48,911 nt of DNA from Albugo candida (taxonomy: Eukaryota). The stretch lies in assembly GCA_040437565.1 (NCBI GenBank), contig JBDOQK010000091.1:1-48911 (forward strand), read 5' to 3'. A program made the translations under genes and the position numbers. Below are positions 26,876-39,899 of this stretch, piece by piece. Below the pieces are notes generated by a model. It did not search any database. It saw nothing but the letters and a program-made list of their open reading frames with translations, and had not been told where the DNA came from. Positions within the stretch are counted from its first letter, which is position 1, and the number at the start of each line of letters is the position of its first letter.

Positions 26876-29564
26876 GTTTGTGAGCATAATGGATAATGCC
26901 GCCCGCGCGGTGGAGCCCACCGCGCGGGCCTAACACAGTTGCTGGTCCCGAAAATGTCGGTAGTCTACAAGGTGAAGACTTAGAAGTTAAGGCAGAGGCG
27001 ATGCTACGGAACACGGATGAAGGCTGTTGGACCTCCTGACGAGACTAGCGGAGCGAATGGCCAAGCTAGAGGCGTCACAAGAGACCAAGGACAAGCTCAT
27101 GGACACGGAGTTCAGCCTGTTAATCGGGGTGCTCTCGATGTGACACCGTCGAGGTCTCGGTCGCCAAACCTGTCTCCAAGAGCATGCTTCGGGGTGAATC
27201 AATCTGGGTATGAAAGAGCGGCTGCAATGTCTAGAGAGCACAGACTCCGCAGCCGGGTTTGCCACAGCACTACGTGCCACCTCCAATGTACCAGCAGCGG
27301 CCGGTACCGCAGATCGTCTCGTGTGCGATAGTGCCTGATGCAAGACAGAGCAAGCTGAACAATCGTCACTATGTTGAAAAGGAGCTTTACCAGGGTCTAG
27401 GAAGGGGTTTCCTGTCCTGGGGGAAGACGTTTGTGCGGGAAGTCTTTTTTTAAAGAAAGAGCGAGTGGATTTGCGTGGACAGAGGATGTCAAGATAGACG
27501 TACTTGGACACAATCTCGCCGGAATGGCCAAGCGTTACCATAGCCGCCAAATTAAAGGTTTGAGCAGACATTGGAGTACGCCATGCAAAGGCTTCTTGGC
27601 TTCTTCATACGTTCGCAACGAAGACCTCTCCACCATAGAGCATGAAACTATTTACGATCCCCAACCCAATAGTCCCAATCGGAGCTGGACCGAATAGCAT
27701 TTTTACCTGGTCGCAGTAAGCGAGGCATATGGTGGGGCAGACAACTTTGTACAGGACTGCATTGTCCAGTATGCCGACCCATCGATGAGAGTATCAGTGC
27801 TGGGGGTCTGGAAGTTGATCAGGATTATATACTTGCGTCAAGCAGAGGAATCGGCGCACTTCTCGCAGTCGACGGGGTTAGAGCTATGCGGAAAGAATAT
27901 TGGAACAGACTCATGAATAATTTACGAAACGTGCGCAAGATTTGCAAAAGTGTTACATTTGCGGAAAGACGGGACACATACAGGCTGCGTGCCACGGGAA
28001 TAAGGCGGACAGATAAACAAGCTATGACGTGGATTTTGTGCTTGCAGTGGGCGACAGAAGCGCTGACCAAGGCCATTGGATATTTGACGCAGCTCGAGCC
28101 GTCACTTGGTAAGCGATGAAAGAATGGTCGAGGACCAGAGGACTTCCAAGGCTACTCGTCGCAGCTGACGGAGGCCGCCTGTGCGTCAAGAAGCGTGAAG
28201 CGTCAACAATCACGACCTCAGTGAAGGGCAAGTTGGACGTCCAATATTCCGAGAACGTCGAAAAAATCATTATTTCGTTTGTCATTTCAAAGGCCAAAGG
28301 GTTCGGGATATCGTACATAGGTAAGCAGGGGTCGTCCCCAACATGAACAGCGGGATGGCCATCTTTGAGGTCGAAAAGATGAACATTTTGCTCGCTGTGC
28401 GGTCTCATGGGAGCGAACGCGTCATCAGGTCAAGGGATGTGCTAATTACGGTGCTGGTACAAGCCGAAACCGAACGTAGTAAAAACGTGCAAAAGGGATC
28501 GCTTATTAGCTTCCACAGAAGTCTTGCGCACCTAACTACGACACAATTATTCGCAAGGCCAAAGATCTAGCTTGCGGAATCGAATTGACCGACTTGATGC
28601 GTGACCATTGCCTATCTTGCGCCAAAGGAAAGCATATCAAGAAATCCCAGTCGAAGAAAAATTCTGGCGAAAACCCATCTGTTGATGCTATCGGGGGGGG
28701 GGGCGGCATCTGCTCTGACTTAAAGGGTCCCATGACGCCTCGTGATTGACTGGGAAATTGCTAAATGGTAAACTTTGTGAATCACAGAGCGAACTACTGT
28801 CATGTTATCTTGGCGAATACAAAAGATGCGGCTGCCCAGAGGTTCAAACAATTCATGGCATTTTTCGAATGGAAATTCAATTGTCGCATTCACGTTCTCA
28901 GGGCATACGGAGCTGGTGAAGATCAGCATCTGGATCTTTCTTGCTGGGACACAAGAATTGTTCGNNNNNNNNNNNNNNNNNNNNNNNNNNNNNNNNNNNN
29001 NNNNNNNNNNNNNNNNNNNNNNNNNNNNNNNNNNNNNNNNNNNNNNNNNNNNNNNNNNNNNNNNAGCTGGAGCGAGTCAGACTTCGAAGCAGAAAAAACG
29101 ATCGCAAGTAAAAACTGGTGGGGTACTTACGATAAATGGAGTGATCTTGCAGTGACTATGCAAAAAACAGACTGGAGTGTCCCTGTACACCATGGGGGCA
29201 AAATTTACCTTGGCTATCGCACGTCAGAAGGGAGCTGCTGGGATTGCGAGAGATGCTAAAAGAGATTGGTCTTTCTATGACGGAACCAATAAGCATGTTG
29301 TGTGATAATCAAGCAGCAATCAAGCAGTTCTAGTGGGAAGGAATCATGTCAAATACGAAACACGTGGATTTGCGCATGAAGTTCATCGTCCATGATGCCA
29401 AAAGAGGTATAGTGAAACCTGAATTCATGGAGTCGAAGCTCATGGAGGCGGACCTATTGACGGAAAACTGCCGGCAACCCCAAAATGGTGGAGTTGCGAG
29501 GGTCTTCTAATCTTTAGTGATTGTGTGCAGGTGGGCCGGACAAAGCGCGTCGTCCGAGGAGGAG

Positions 29565-29756
29565 TATTGGAAGAGCAACAGTCGCTGTGAAAGCGTTGCT
29601 ATCGACCGACCACTTCGGAGTAAAACGGCAGTTTCTATCCTTGGATGGTGTAGAAAACCAGGCGAAGATAATTTGTTTCAAAGAGACAAAATCTACGTAG
29701 GGGTAGATAAGGACAAACACACTTCTACTTTACCACTGGCATCATTCCTTTGAACA
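29565..29756 (+). repeat. 3' LTR (TA...CA)
   Basis: Follows the PPT and is followed by the TSD TTCTA. Confidence 0.9.
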
Positions 29757-30059
29757 TTCTAGACATAGGTAAACAGTATGTACATATGTAGCTCTGATAC
29801 CTGAGTTACGTCTTGTGCACATCGTACAAGCAATTGATCAAGTGATGAAACGTTAGTATCTCAACCTAACAACACAAATACACGGCTAACGCCTTGCATA
29901 TGTATCTCTCTAGATTCCTGTCCTTAGAAGCATGCTATTTGTTAAACATAATGGCCACTCACGCACTCGCAAACCGACTGATTAAAATAGATGATCTGAC
30001 AGAACGCTTCTATAAGTAATGTAAGGCATTCTGCAAGCATCTCTTGGCAAGCAAAGTTT

Positions 30060-31250
30060 TTGCATAATGTTGGAATCAAGATTGATAACAAACCCTCTTT
30101 ACTTTTCTCCTGCACTATCACTGTTATCCATCCTGTTCAACACTCATTGACAATGTAAGTATCCAAAGATCAAGCTGGGAAGTTCAGAGACCGAAGGTCA
30201 GGGTACATGAAAGCAAGTTTTCAAGAGATAATTGCAACGATTTGGATTACTAAGAATTATACTTTAAAGGATATGAAAGAGGAAATTAGTAAGAATGGAT
30301 TTCGATTTTATGGCCAGGCTTCCCCGAGTATGCCAACGCACAACACATGAGAACGAATTATTACGAAATTATCACAACAAACACAGATAATTTAATCTTA
30401 TACAGATGTGAAAATCTGTTCAGGAGAACGGGCATTCTCTTAGAAAGCCAACAGCGCATAGTTATATTCCCCCTCACATTATACGTATGATGAAAAGTGT
30501 TATGAACAGTACGCATATGTCTATCTGGTACCTCCGTATACAACGATTGATCGTGGAGACCTTTAATGAGCTAATTTTTGCTCCCGTCAAACGTATGCGG
30601 CGCGTGGAATCCCAATCCTGAATACGTTGTTTTTTGCTCATACGCTTTCAGAAGTGAAGTATGGATTGAATTGCTTCCTTCTACCAACGTTTGCGCAGTT
30701 TTCAGCGAAGTAATTCCTAGCCGCTTATTTTATTGAAAGAAGCCAATATTTTTTGAAGTCGTTGCATCGCTGCATTGTACGTCCTTGGTCTCTTGAGACC
30801 CCTCGAACACTTATGGAGCCATCAAAGAAGACCAAAAGTTATGGACGCTGTCTCGGATAGAATTGACAACCTCCGTAAGCTCTTTCGATGCGACTCAAAG
30901 CATCCTTTGTATTCGATTAAGTCATTATTCCTTCACGACTTCTGTTTACGAGGGATAGTATAACATATCCGCACAAAGCTTGAATCACTGGGTGTACTTC
31001 ACGTAGAGTATCCCCCGTATTTTCCTTAACATACGTACAAAGCACCCAGGATCCAAGTGTTCTGCTTCCTCTCTGATGCTATCCATTTCATTTGCTTTCT
31101 TCGGCAAAGAATCTAAATCGACATTTGTATTACAAAACCGAGATAAGGCGACGTCCACATTCCACTTTGTTCTATTGGGGAAGTATTATTACTCCTTATG
31201 CTCGGGAAACCTATGTGCTGTGGTGAGTACAAGCATACATTTCCACTTGT
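30060..31250 (+). pseudogene. Decayed gene of unknown family, paralogous to 39900-41010
   Basis: About 30480-31225 aligns with the reverse complement of about 39935-40710. Many differences are synonymous in the frame '...FLAAYFIERSQYFLKSLHRCIVRPWSLETPR...'. Stops and frameshifts present; boundaries approximate. Confidence 0.65.
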
Positions 31251-32020
31251 CTGTGAACTCGAAAAATTGTCGATTCAAGCGTATGGCAATGAATCTTGCT
31301 TATGAGACAGCTGCGCAACGTAGAGTTTTGACTGCTTGCAAAGGTTGCAGTTGCAGACCTCCCGGTCATTTTTTCATGTTATTGTCAGCTTGTTGAATTG
31401 TTCTGGTGTAGGGTAAGTACCATGGGCACGAACAAAGTGGACTATCGGTGCTTAGAGCTTGTGGACCCAAAACCTCTCGATTCTCCAATTGCTCATCAGA
31501 CACTAAGACGAAATCTTTGGAGGTCGTCCTGTGCCTCTGTTAGTTAAATTAAAGCCTGCGTTTGATACATGGAGTCCAGGAATGTCCAAATCTAGTTGTT
31601 GCGTCTATTTTACGCATTCATAAGCGCAAACCGTGCTCAGATTCAAGAGAAGTCTTTTAAAATTCGCACATCCTGGAACTGCATCAATGGTTTAGTTCCG
31701 TGTGTATTTTGATGAAGAAACCATACAAGCGCTCAAACTCATCCAGTCGACGCAACTACGCAACTACCTTGTTACAGGCTCGGTAGCTTGATCGTAGGTC
31801 CAATCAAGCATTTTAGGCTATGCACTATCAGCTGTTTAATCTTCTTACAACGTACATAACGAAGCCTTTGTATGAATCCCGACCAACCAGCATCCAACTC
31901 GCATACAAATCCATCGCGTACTAGCAGAAAATTCCTAATGAGTTCGAGACTTTTGCTGCATCGAAAATATAATGACTCTATCTCATGAAACTGCGTAGAT
32001 ACAATAGCTTCATTGATCGT

Positions 32021-35000
32021 TCGTATTTATGTAAAAGTAAGCGTCATCGCTACCACCATTTGTAGCTTGATGGAACTGTGCATAGTATGCAGCACAGCTT
32101 TCAATGGACAACAAAGTATCGTGGAATCAATAACTTTATGGCCAAATAATTGGTCGAGTGAGAAAATTTAGAAGTTTAGACACTTTAATATTCTCGTTAA
32201 TATCGGGTACGGGATGATCGTCCTATTTGGTCGTCGGTCACCTAGAAATTTGATCCAACTCAGATCATGGATGGGATGTCTATGTAAAAAGTCGAAATGT
32301 AGACTTTGTTGCCTGTTGCAGCGTGATGGAAAAGAATCCAAGGTACCCTACCAGGCGCTTCTAGATGTATTCTTGTGCTTACTTCAATCTCTTCTAGAAA
32401 TTCTTCTTCATCTTGTGATTATGGCACTTCATGCCGAAGTTACGATATTCAGAAAATGCGTCTTTACGCTCACCCAAGCTCTAACCTATAGAGGTGACGC
32501 ACATGGGTAATCTTTATGACCTTACAGGTTCTCAGGAGCACTATCAAGCGTCAAATATCCGACTGGACATTGGTAAATAGCGATGTGTGTGGTCAAAGTC
32601 ACTGATACGCCATGTGGAAGAGTACTCCAGGTTTCACAATGATGTGAGAAATGAGGGCAAGTGCTCGATTGTAAACCTTCTCATTCAGGCTTTCACTTGC
32701 GTATTGTGACTGGTTTTATGCAAACGGCAGCGTATAAAACCATTCAACACCTAAATCCCGTTCAACTCGTGATTTGGATTGCCACAATCTGTGACCTTAA
32801 CGAACACTATCGCAGTTCTTGTATTTGCGACCAGTGTAGACGAGCTCATTTTAGAAATTTTCTGTGGCGACGCGTCCATCAAAATGAAGTATCCGTTTTC
32901 ACTGGTTGCTAATGCAATGTTGAGAAAAATTGAGCGTTCTGCCGAAACTGTCAACACATTTTCGAATACTGGGCTATCATCCTCTTCGAGAAGGGCCTCT
33001 CGAACTCACCCATTGGCGTAATGGTTTTGGAATTCAAGCAACAAGTCAAATATGTCCTCTTGCGTCTCATTTCAGCAAAATGTAAGCTATGTTGTTGTCG
33101 TTGAATTGCGAAAGCCAAATCATATCATGACAATTCTTTACTGTCAGTCTCTTGAATACGTGTTTCAGTTCTCTTTTGCTGGGAACTAGCTCCAGCATCA
33201 ATTTATTAATATAGCCTGGACGACGACTCTATAAAGTGAAGCATACGTTTTCGGACGCACCGTCAAGAAATGACCCAAATGTTATCGGGTAAGCTGATAA
33301 AATAATCGGGGGTGTCGCATGTAGAAATCTTTAATGCTTTCGAATTTAAAAACTCGATATAGTGCTCATAAGAAACTCAGCGAAAACTTACAAGCTCGAG
33401 CGCCTCATTTCAATAGCCTTATCATATTGTATATACTACCTTTGTCATCAAAAATCAGACGAAACAATGTATTCCTTCGACACTGAGGTTGTTCTGGTTG
33501 AGGTAGAACCTCCGCAGCATTGTCTCGAAACCCTGGTATGACGATCCGAAACATTTTTACACTATTAGAATTTTTGCGTTTCACGCAATCAGTAGAAGCT
33601 TGGACCTCTGTTGAGAACATTCAGCAGTGAAACGATTTGGACCACACGAATGGATTCGAGCCAGAATTGCTGAACAAGAACATTTAACATCCAAGGCTCT
33701 CACGCCTTTTANNNNNNNNNNNNNNNNNNNNNNNNNNNNNNNNNNNNNNNNNNNNNNNNNNNNNNNNNNNNNNNNNNNNNNNNNNNNNNNNNNNNNNNNN
33801 NNNNNNNNNNNTCGTATTTATGTAAAAGTAAGCGTCATCGCTACCACCATTTGTAGCTTGATGGAACTGTGCATAGTATGCAGCACAGCTTTCAATGGAC
33901 AACAAAGTATCGTGGAATCAATAACTTTATGGCCAAATAATTGGTCGAGTGAGAAAATTTAGAAGTTTAGACACTTTAATATTCTCGTTAATATCGGGTA
34001 CGGGATGATCGTCCTATTTGGTCGTCGGTCACCTAGAAATTTGATCCAACTCAGATCATGGATGGGATGTCTATGTAAAAAGTCGAAATGTAGACTTTGT
34101 TGCCTGTTGCAGCGTGATGGAAAAGAATCCAAGGTACCCTACCAGGCGCTTCTAGATGTATTCTTGTGCTTACTTCAATCTCTTCTAGAAATTCTTCTTC
34201 ATCTTGTGATTATGGCACTTCATGCCGAAGTTACGATATTCAGAAAATGCGTCTTTACGCTCACCCAAGCTCTAACCTATAGAGGTGACGCACATGGGTA
34301 ATCTTTATGACCTTACAGGTTCTCAGGAGCACTATCAAGCGTCAAATATCCGACTGGACATTGGTAAATAGCGATGTGTGTGGTCAAAGTCACTGATACG
34401 CCATGTGGAAGAGTACTCCAGGTTTCACAATGATGTGAGAAATGAGGGCAAGTGCTCGATTGTAAACCTTCTCATTCAGGCTTTCACTTGCGTATTGTGA
34501 CTGGTTTTATGCAAACGGCAGCGTATAAAACCATTCAACACCTAAATCCCGTTCAACTCGTGATTTGGATTGCCACAATCTGTGACCTTAACGAACACTA
34601 TCGCAGTTCTTGTATTTGCGACCAGTGTAGACGAGCTCATTTTAGAAATTTTCTGTGGCGACGCGTCCATCAAAATGAAGTATCCGTTTTCACTGGTTGC
34701 TAATGCAATGTTGAGAAAAATTGAGCGTTCTGCCGAAACTGTCAACACATTTTCGAATACTGGGCTATCATCCTCTTCGAGAAGGGCCTCTCGAACTCAC
34801 CCATTGGCGTAATGGTTTTGGAATTCAAGCAACAAGTCAAATATGTCCTCTTGCGTCTCATTTCAGCAAAATGTAAGCTATGTTGTTGTCGTTGAATTGC
34901 GAAAGCCAAATCATATCATGACAATTCTTTACTGTCAGTCTCTTGAATACGTGTTTCAGTTCTCTTTTGCTGGGAACTAGCTCCAGCATCAATTTATTAA

Positions 35001-35502
35001 TATAGCCTGGACGACGACTCTATAAAGTGAAGCATACGTTTTCGGACGCACCGTCAAGAAATGACCCAAATGTTATCGGGTAAGCTGATAAAATAATCGG
35101 GGGTGTCGCATGTAGAAATCTTTAATGCTTTCGAATTTAAAAACTCGATATAGTGCTCATAAGAAACTCAGCGAAAACTTACAAGCTCGAGCGCCTCATT
35201 TCAATAGCCTTATCATATTGTATATACTACCTTTGTCATCAAAAATCAGACGAAACAATGTATTCCTTCGACACTGAGGTTGTTCTGGTTGAGGTAGAAC
35301 CTCCGCAGCATTGTCTCGAAACCCTGGTATGACGATCCGAAACATTTTTACACTATTAGAATTTTTGCGTTTCACGCAATCAGTAGAAGCTTGGACCTCT
35401 GTTGAGAACATTCAGCAGTGAAACGATTTGGACCACACGAATGGATTCGAGCCAGAATTGCTGAACAAGAACATTTAACATCCAAGGCTCTCACGCCTTT
35501 TA
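32021..35502. repeat. Apparently identical 1691-bp direct duplication either side of an N gap (32021-33711 and 33812-35502)
   Basis: Identical ORF translations at a constant 1791-bp offset; both copies abut the gap exactly. Confidence 0.95.
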
Positions 35503-35535
35503 AAGCCTCAAAAGAGGCTCCTCGCGGGGATCACG

Positions 35536-36807
35536 TGTAGCGGAGCTACTATAGCTCTTTTCCAGAGGAAAGATATCTGCTCGACGAGCAATTTAGTTCT
35601 TTAGCGAACTCGACCCAACGAGTAACAAGCTTAAGAGCTTCTGGTCCTTGTTTAAGGGACCAAACGATTCAGGGAAGCGACAACACAAAGTGCACAAGAT
35701 CTGAGACGCCTTAACAAGGCACGTGTCTCTAATCGATCAGTTGAAGGTGTCTATATTACTAGAATTAGACTAACTGACTTCTCTAGTTGCCTAGGCTATC
35801 TTAAATAACATATATACATATAAAAACTTTTCGCGAAATACCTGTGAGAGATCATAATATGTCCCTCGTTGCTAGTACTGCAGTGCGATAGCGTCCACCG
35901 CTACAGTACGAGAGTGTATCTATCGTGTAACGGATAAATGTTGAAAGTTGTAGAAAGTTGTGAAAAATATGGTCCAATACTACCGTGTGCTGTAAAAGGG
36001 TCCAAAAGTACCGTGAGTTGTAAAACGGTCCAACGTACCATGAGTTGTAAAATGATCCAAAGTACCGTGTTGTGCGCAATGATGTGCGCCACACTACGGT
36101 GAGAATAGCCAGCCAACTAGGACTAGGATCCGAGTTGCACTTGCCGTTCCACTCGCCTGTACCGGACCCGCAGCAATGATCTTCGACTGTTGAAAAATCC
36201 ACCAAATGATCCTTGCGTTGCGAGTTGATCNNNNNNNNNNNNNNNNNNNNNNNNNNNNNNNNNNNNNNNNNNNNNNNNNNNNNNNNNNNNNNNNNNNNNN
36301 NNNNNNNNNNNNNNNNNNNNNNNNNNNNNNAGCTGCAGTCATCTTCTCAGGCGCAACCCTTCGAGCCTCAGAGAGGGGAGTGGGCTGTTCCATCCTTACA
36401 GAGGATCAGTCTTTACAAACTCAAGTGTAGATTGACTACTAGTGCTACCAAGTGTAGTAGAGCTACTGTAGCTCCTTGCCATAGGAAGGCTATCTGCTCA
36501 ACGAGCAACTTAGTTCTTTAAAGAGAACTAAACTCAACGAGTCAACAAGCTTTGAAGCTTAAGGTCCTTGTTCAAGGGACCTAACGATTCCGGGAATCGA
36601 TCTGAGACGCCTGAAGCAGGCACGTGCCTCTAACTCTAAAGGGGAACTGTCCTTTATCTAGAAGAGTATTTTACGCTAAACGTACCTAAGCTAGGTACTA
36701 ATGTTCGGTGGCTGACACGCGTCAGCTCCCAAAGCGAATAACCCAAAGCGTCCCAAATATGTACCACACAGCGTAACGGTAACTAACCGACGTGTAACCC
36801 TGTTACA
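35536..36807 (+). mobile_element. LTR retroelement insertion whose interior lies mostly in a gap; left LTR 35536-35905, right LTR about 36386-36807
   Basis: Left LTR TGTAGCGG...CCGCTACA. PPT AGAGAGGGGAG at 36370-36380. Right LTR ends TGTTACA. TCACG flanks both outer ends (35531-35535 and 36808-36812). 36453-36630 is homologous to the first half of the left LTR. Confidence 0.78.
35971..36073. repeat. Four imperfect tandem 27-28 bp units (approx. GGTCCAAAAGTACCGTGAGTTGTAAAA)
   Basis: Units start at 35971, 35999, 36027 and 36054. Confidence 0.85.
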
Positions 36808-37742
36808 TCACGTTATCCAGTCATTTCAAACAATTAAAACACGCCTAGATCCCAACCAACAAGCTTGCAATTACAACGTCGTACTCCTGTGCGAGACTAC
36901 TTAGCTCATAGCTTCAAGTGTGACGCCACATGATTACATGCACTCCCAATTGAAACTTCATTGACGATCGAACGGATCAAATAATCCGATATCCTCTTCC
37001 TATCAAACCTTAAGAAGCACTCTTTCTGATAGTTTCATATAAACCGAGAGCTGCGCCGTATTTACAAGACGTTTATACGTTTGAGCATCAATGAATTTGT
37101 AATTGTTTCATCTAGCATCGCAGTAATTTATGAACTTGGATACGTCATTTAGATAGCATACCGACGTTTCAACAGACTCAGAAAAAGTTCCAATTGATTT
37201 AGATGTTTGTCTTAGACGTTCTTTTGTACTTAATTACTAATAGTGCGCGTTTCAACCGTTCATGAACTATTCCGATTCTCATGGAGACTTTTTTATATGA
37301 TGGATCGTAATGGATGCACGAAATATGATCGGAGGCGTACAGAACTCAAACGTCAATGATAATGACAGGCACACGACTTGAGCTGCTTCAAAGAAATATC
37401 ACAAGATTTTCGCACTTAAGTACCAGCGCTGATTAAAATATAACAATTATTCGAAACGCTTCTTCAGCCTGGAAATGGCATGAGAGAGAATCTCAATAAA
37501 ACTAAATCTGAAGATGTTTTATGCAAATAGTAAGGCCAAAGCAAGCTCAAATTAGTACGTGAGCGGCGAGAGGCGTTCATGAAGTGCGATAAGTTCCGAC
37601 ACGAGTGTATAACTCGTGCAAATGACTTGTCAATAATCCTGAAGCGCCTAAGGACTTTCCTCTACAAATCCTTTGGCTATTCTAGCCCTGAAACCAGCGA
37701 TGTTGTACCATTCTGTGAGACATATATGTACGTACATATATA

Positions 37743-39039
37743 GGGAATTGCTAAACTCACCCTAGCTTTTTACTGGAATCATCCCATGCATTTTTTAACC
37801 AATCATATTTCATCATTTTAGTCNNNNNNNNNNNNNNNNNNNNNNNNNNNNNNNNNNNNNNNNNNNNNNNNNNNNNNNNNNNNNNNNNNNNNNNNNNNNN
37901 NNNNNNNNNNNNNNNNNNNNNNNTAGCTTTTTACTGGAATCATCCCATGCATTTTTTAACCAATCATATTTCATCATTTTAGTCAATCGTTTTTGATTGA
38001 TTTGATTGAAGGTGAACTTGATGCAGGACGCAACCTGCAAGTTCTGGCATTATGCCCTGTTGCTTGACAAATACTGCATCTGGGAAGGCGACGGGTTTGT
38101 GGATTAGAGATCCGAGTTTGATTTTCTGCCTGGACATATTAAAAAGCTTAAGGATCTCTTTGTGTTGAATGATTGCGTGAACCTGATGGCCTGTCTCTTC
38201 CCCTTATTGTCGGAGGGTCTTGGATTGTTATGTTTCTGTTTGCATTGCTCGCGAATTGAATTGTAAATGTGATATTGCCGATGAGGTAGCTCAAAAGTTA
38301 GCAAGTCAAAACTTTACTGTCTTTCTTGATTATTATTGTAAATTGGCAATGATAGGGGGATGGGGTTTTCTCTCTTGATCCAACATTGTGAGTCAAGGTC
38401 TTCTTTTGCAAGTGGAGTGTTTTGTTGAATTAGCTGATTTAATTTATGTTCACATGATATGCCCAGGTCTGCTGAGGTAAACTGATGGAAGTGGTTATTG
38501 GTGATTCGCTGTTGTTTTGCAGGCTAATTGATACTGTTTTCGGGCTATATTCAATGCATGCTTTGCTATCTCTCGTCGAACTCCATGCCACGTTGGATTT
38601 TCTAAATGTTATTGTGTTCACGTAGATGGCCTGAATTGCATTGGTAAGCTGAATTTTGTTGAATTGATTTGCGCAAGAAAGCCTGATCCTATTGTAAACA
38701 GACAGCAAATCCCGTGAATTTTTACCGATGTATTTTTTCAAATGTTGGATGCATCCTTTTTATAAAGTGTTACCACTATTGGAAACCGCATACAAGGTCG
38801 CACACAAAGACTTCCTGTTCAAAAGGTATATTGGGAACTCCTTAACAACTATCTTATGTCTCTTTACAACCTTTCACTGCCTACGACTCTCCACGAGATG
38901 GTGATCTTCCACCAGTGGAGATCTTCAACTTACCGTCGCTGTATTCAGTTGATCCGGTTGACTACAGATATCAAATATGATTGGCTAAAAGTAGATGGGG
39001 TGAGTTGAGGAGAAAGCGAGGGTGAGTTTAAGAATTCCC
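37743..39039 (-). mobile_element. Internally deleted MULE with TIRs of about 70 bp
   Basis: GGGAATTGCTAAACTCACCCT... at the left end and ...AGGGTGAGTTTAAGAATTCCC at the right; TA-rich flanks (CATATATA/TATATATA); minus-strand 'KKYIGKNSRDLLSVY' resembles a MULE transposase C-terminal segment. Confidence 0.85.
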
Positions 39040-39899
39040 TATATATATGCTGCTCAATGAAGACGCCTACTTTGGCATTGTCGATTAATGTATAATCTCA
39101 ATCCCATGAGATCGAATTGAAATTATTTTATACAGGGAGGCCTTTGAAAACAAGCCATAGCAAGCACACTTCATCTCATTTACGGATTTCTGCGAGGAAA
39201 GGATCGATTTGGAAACAAGTAGGACACCAAGCGATAGATAGCTGCACAAATGTTGCATCCGTACATTGAAGGCGGTTTAAAAACGGAAAAATATGATAGA
39301 GAGTCACATCGTCCAATCCATCTCAGCATTATATTTTGCGATAATGGGAAAGATCACGTGCTCGCTTGCACCTGCCATCAAACTCTACAATCTGACCAAA
39401 GCAAGTTACGTCGTTTTTTATGCATCTGATTATCCATCTGGTTTTTATATTGAGTGAAAAAGGAGCAAGGCCATTGGCACAGTTTCATCGATTAAAAAGC
39501 TCTATGTAAGAATTATGAAAACTTCATTTAACTTCGAGCAGCTTTGTGTTTATCAACGGAGACGAATATTTTAAATCTCATGGTTTATGAGCTTGATTTA
39601 TGAAGCGAAGGATTCGGAATACCTATCGTAGTTTCATTTTACATCCCACGAGCCATTCGACTCGAGACGCTTTGATCCACAACAAGATAATTCAAAGAAG
39701 AGATGGCCCCATTGCTTATTCAAGGACATGTTACGTATTATAAAAACAGTGCTTCAAGACGCTGCACATGACGATCAAATAAGCTGGAGGAGTTCTGCAA
39801 CTAAAGGAAAATCTAAGTATCCAGCGAGAAGAGATATTGTCTCCATGTTGAGTAGTAGCGTCATTAAGCTAGTCCTATTGCGATACGATTGAGTCCTCA

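Larger units (their letters stand above)
26682..29756 (+). mobile_element. Degenerate Ty1/Copia retrotransposon with two LTRs and a 5-bp TSD; RT region falls in or is lost at the gap 28965-29064
   Basis: LTRs at 26682-26875 and 29565-29756, exact TSD TTCTA (26677-26681 and 29757-29761), PPT GAGGAGGAG, gag knuckle CYICGKTGHIQAAC, integrase remnants, and RNase H 'CDNQAAI...TKHVDLR...ADLLT'. Confidence 0.93.
33812..36961 (-). pseudogene. Decayed gene with an N-terminal CxxCL motif (CCG/CHxC effector-like), interrupted by the LTR element at 35536-36807
   Basis: ATG 36961 opens MKFQLGVHVIMW...YDVVIASLLVGI*ACFNCLK*LDNV. Removing the element and one TSD copy continues the same frame into ORF 35411-35196. 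3' extent uncertain. Confidence 0.45.

Noticed and set aside
29790-29803. Reverse-strand GGTATCAGAGC (tRNA-Met PBS-like); similar TGGTATCAG at about 48643
   Set aside because: Isolated short matches with no supportable LTR or internal domain.
35971-36073. Possible CRISPR-like array
   Set aside because: Units are contiguous without unique spacers, the context is a eukaryotic TE, and there are no cas genes.
37260-39850. Coding-like sequence either side of the MULE at 37743-39039
   Set aside because: No recognisable motif or sustained reading frame.
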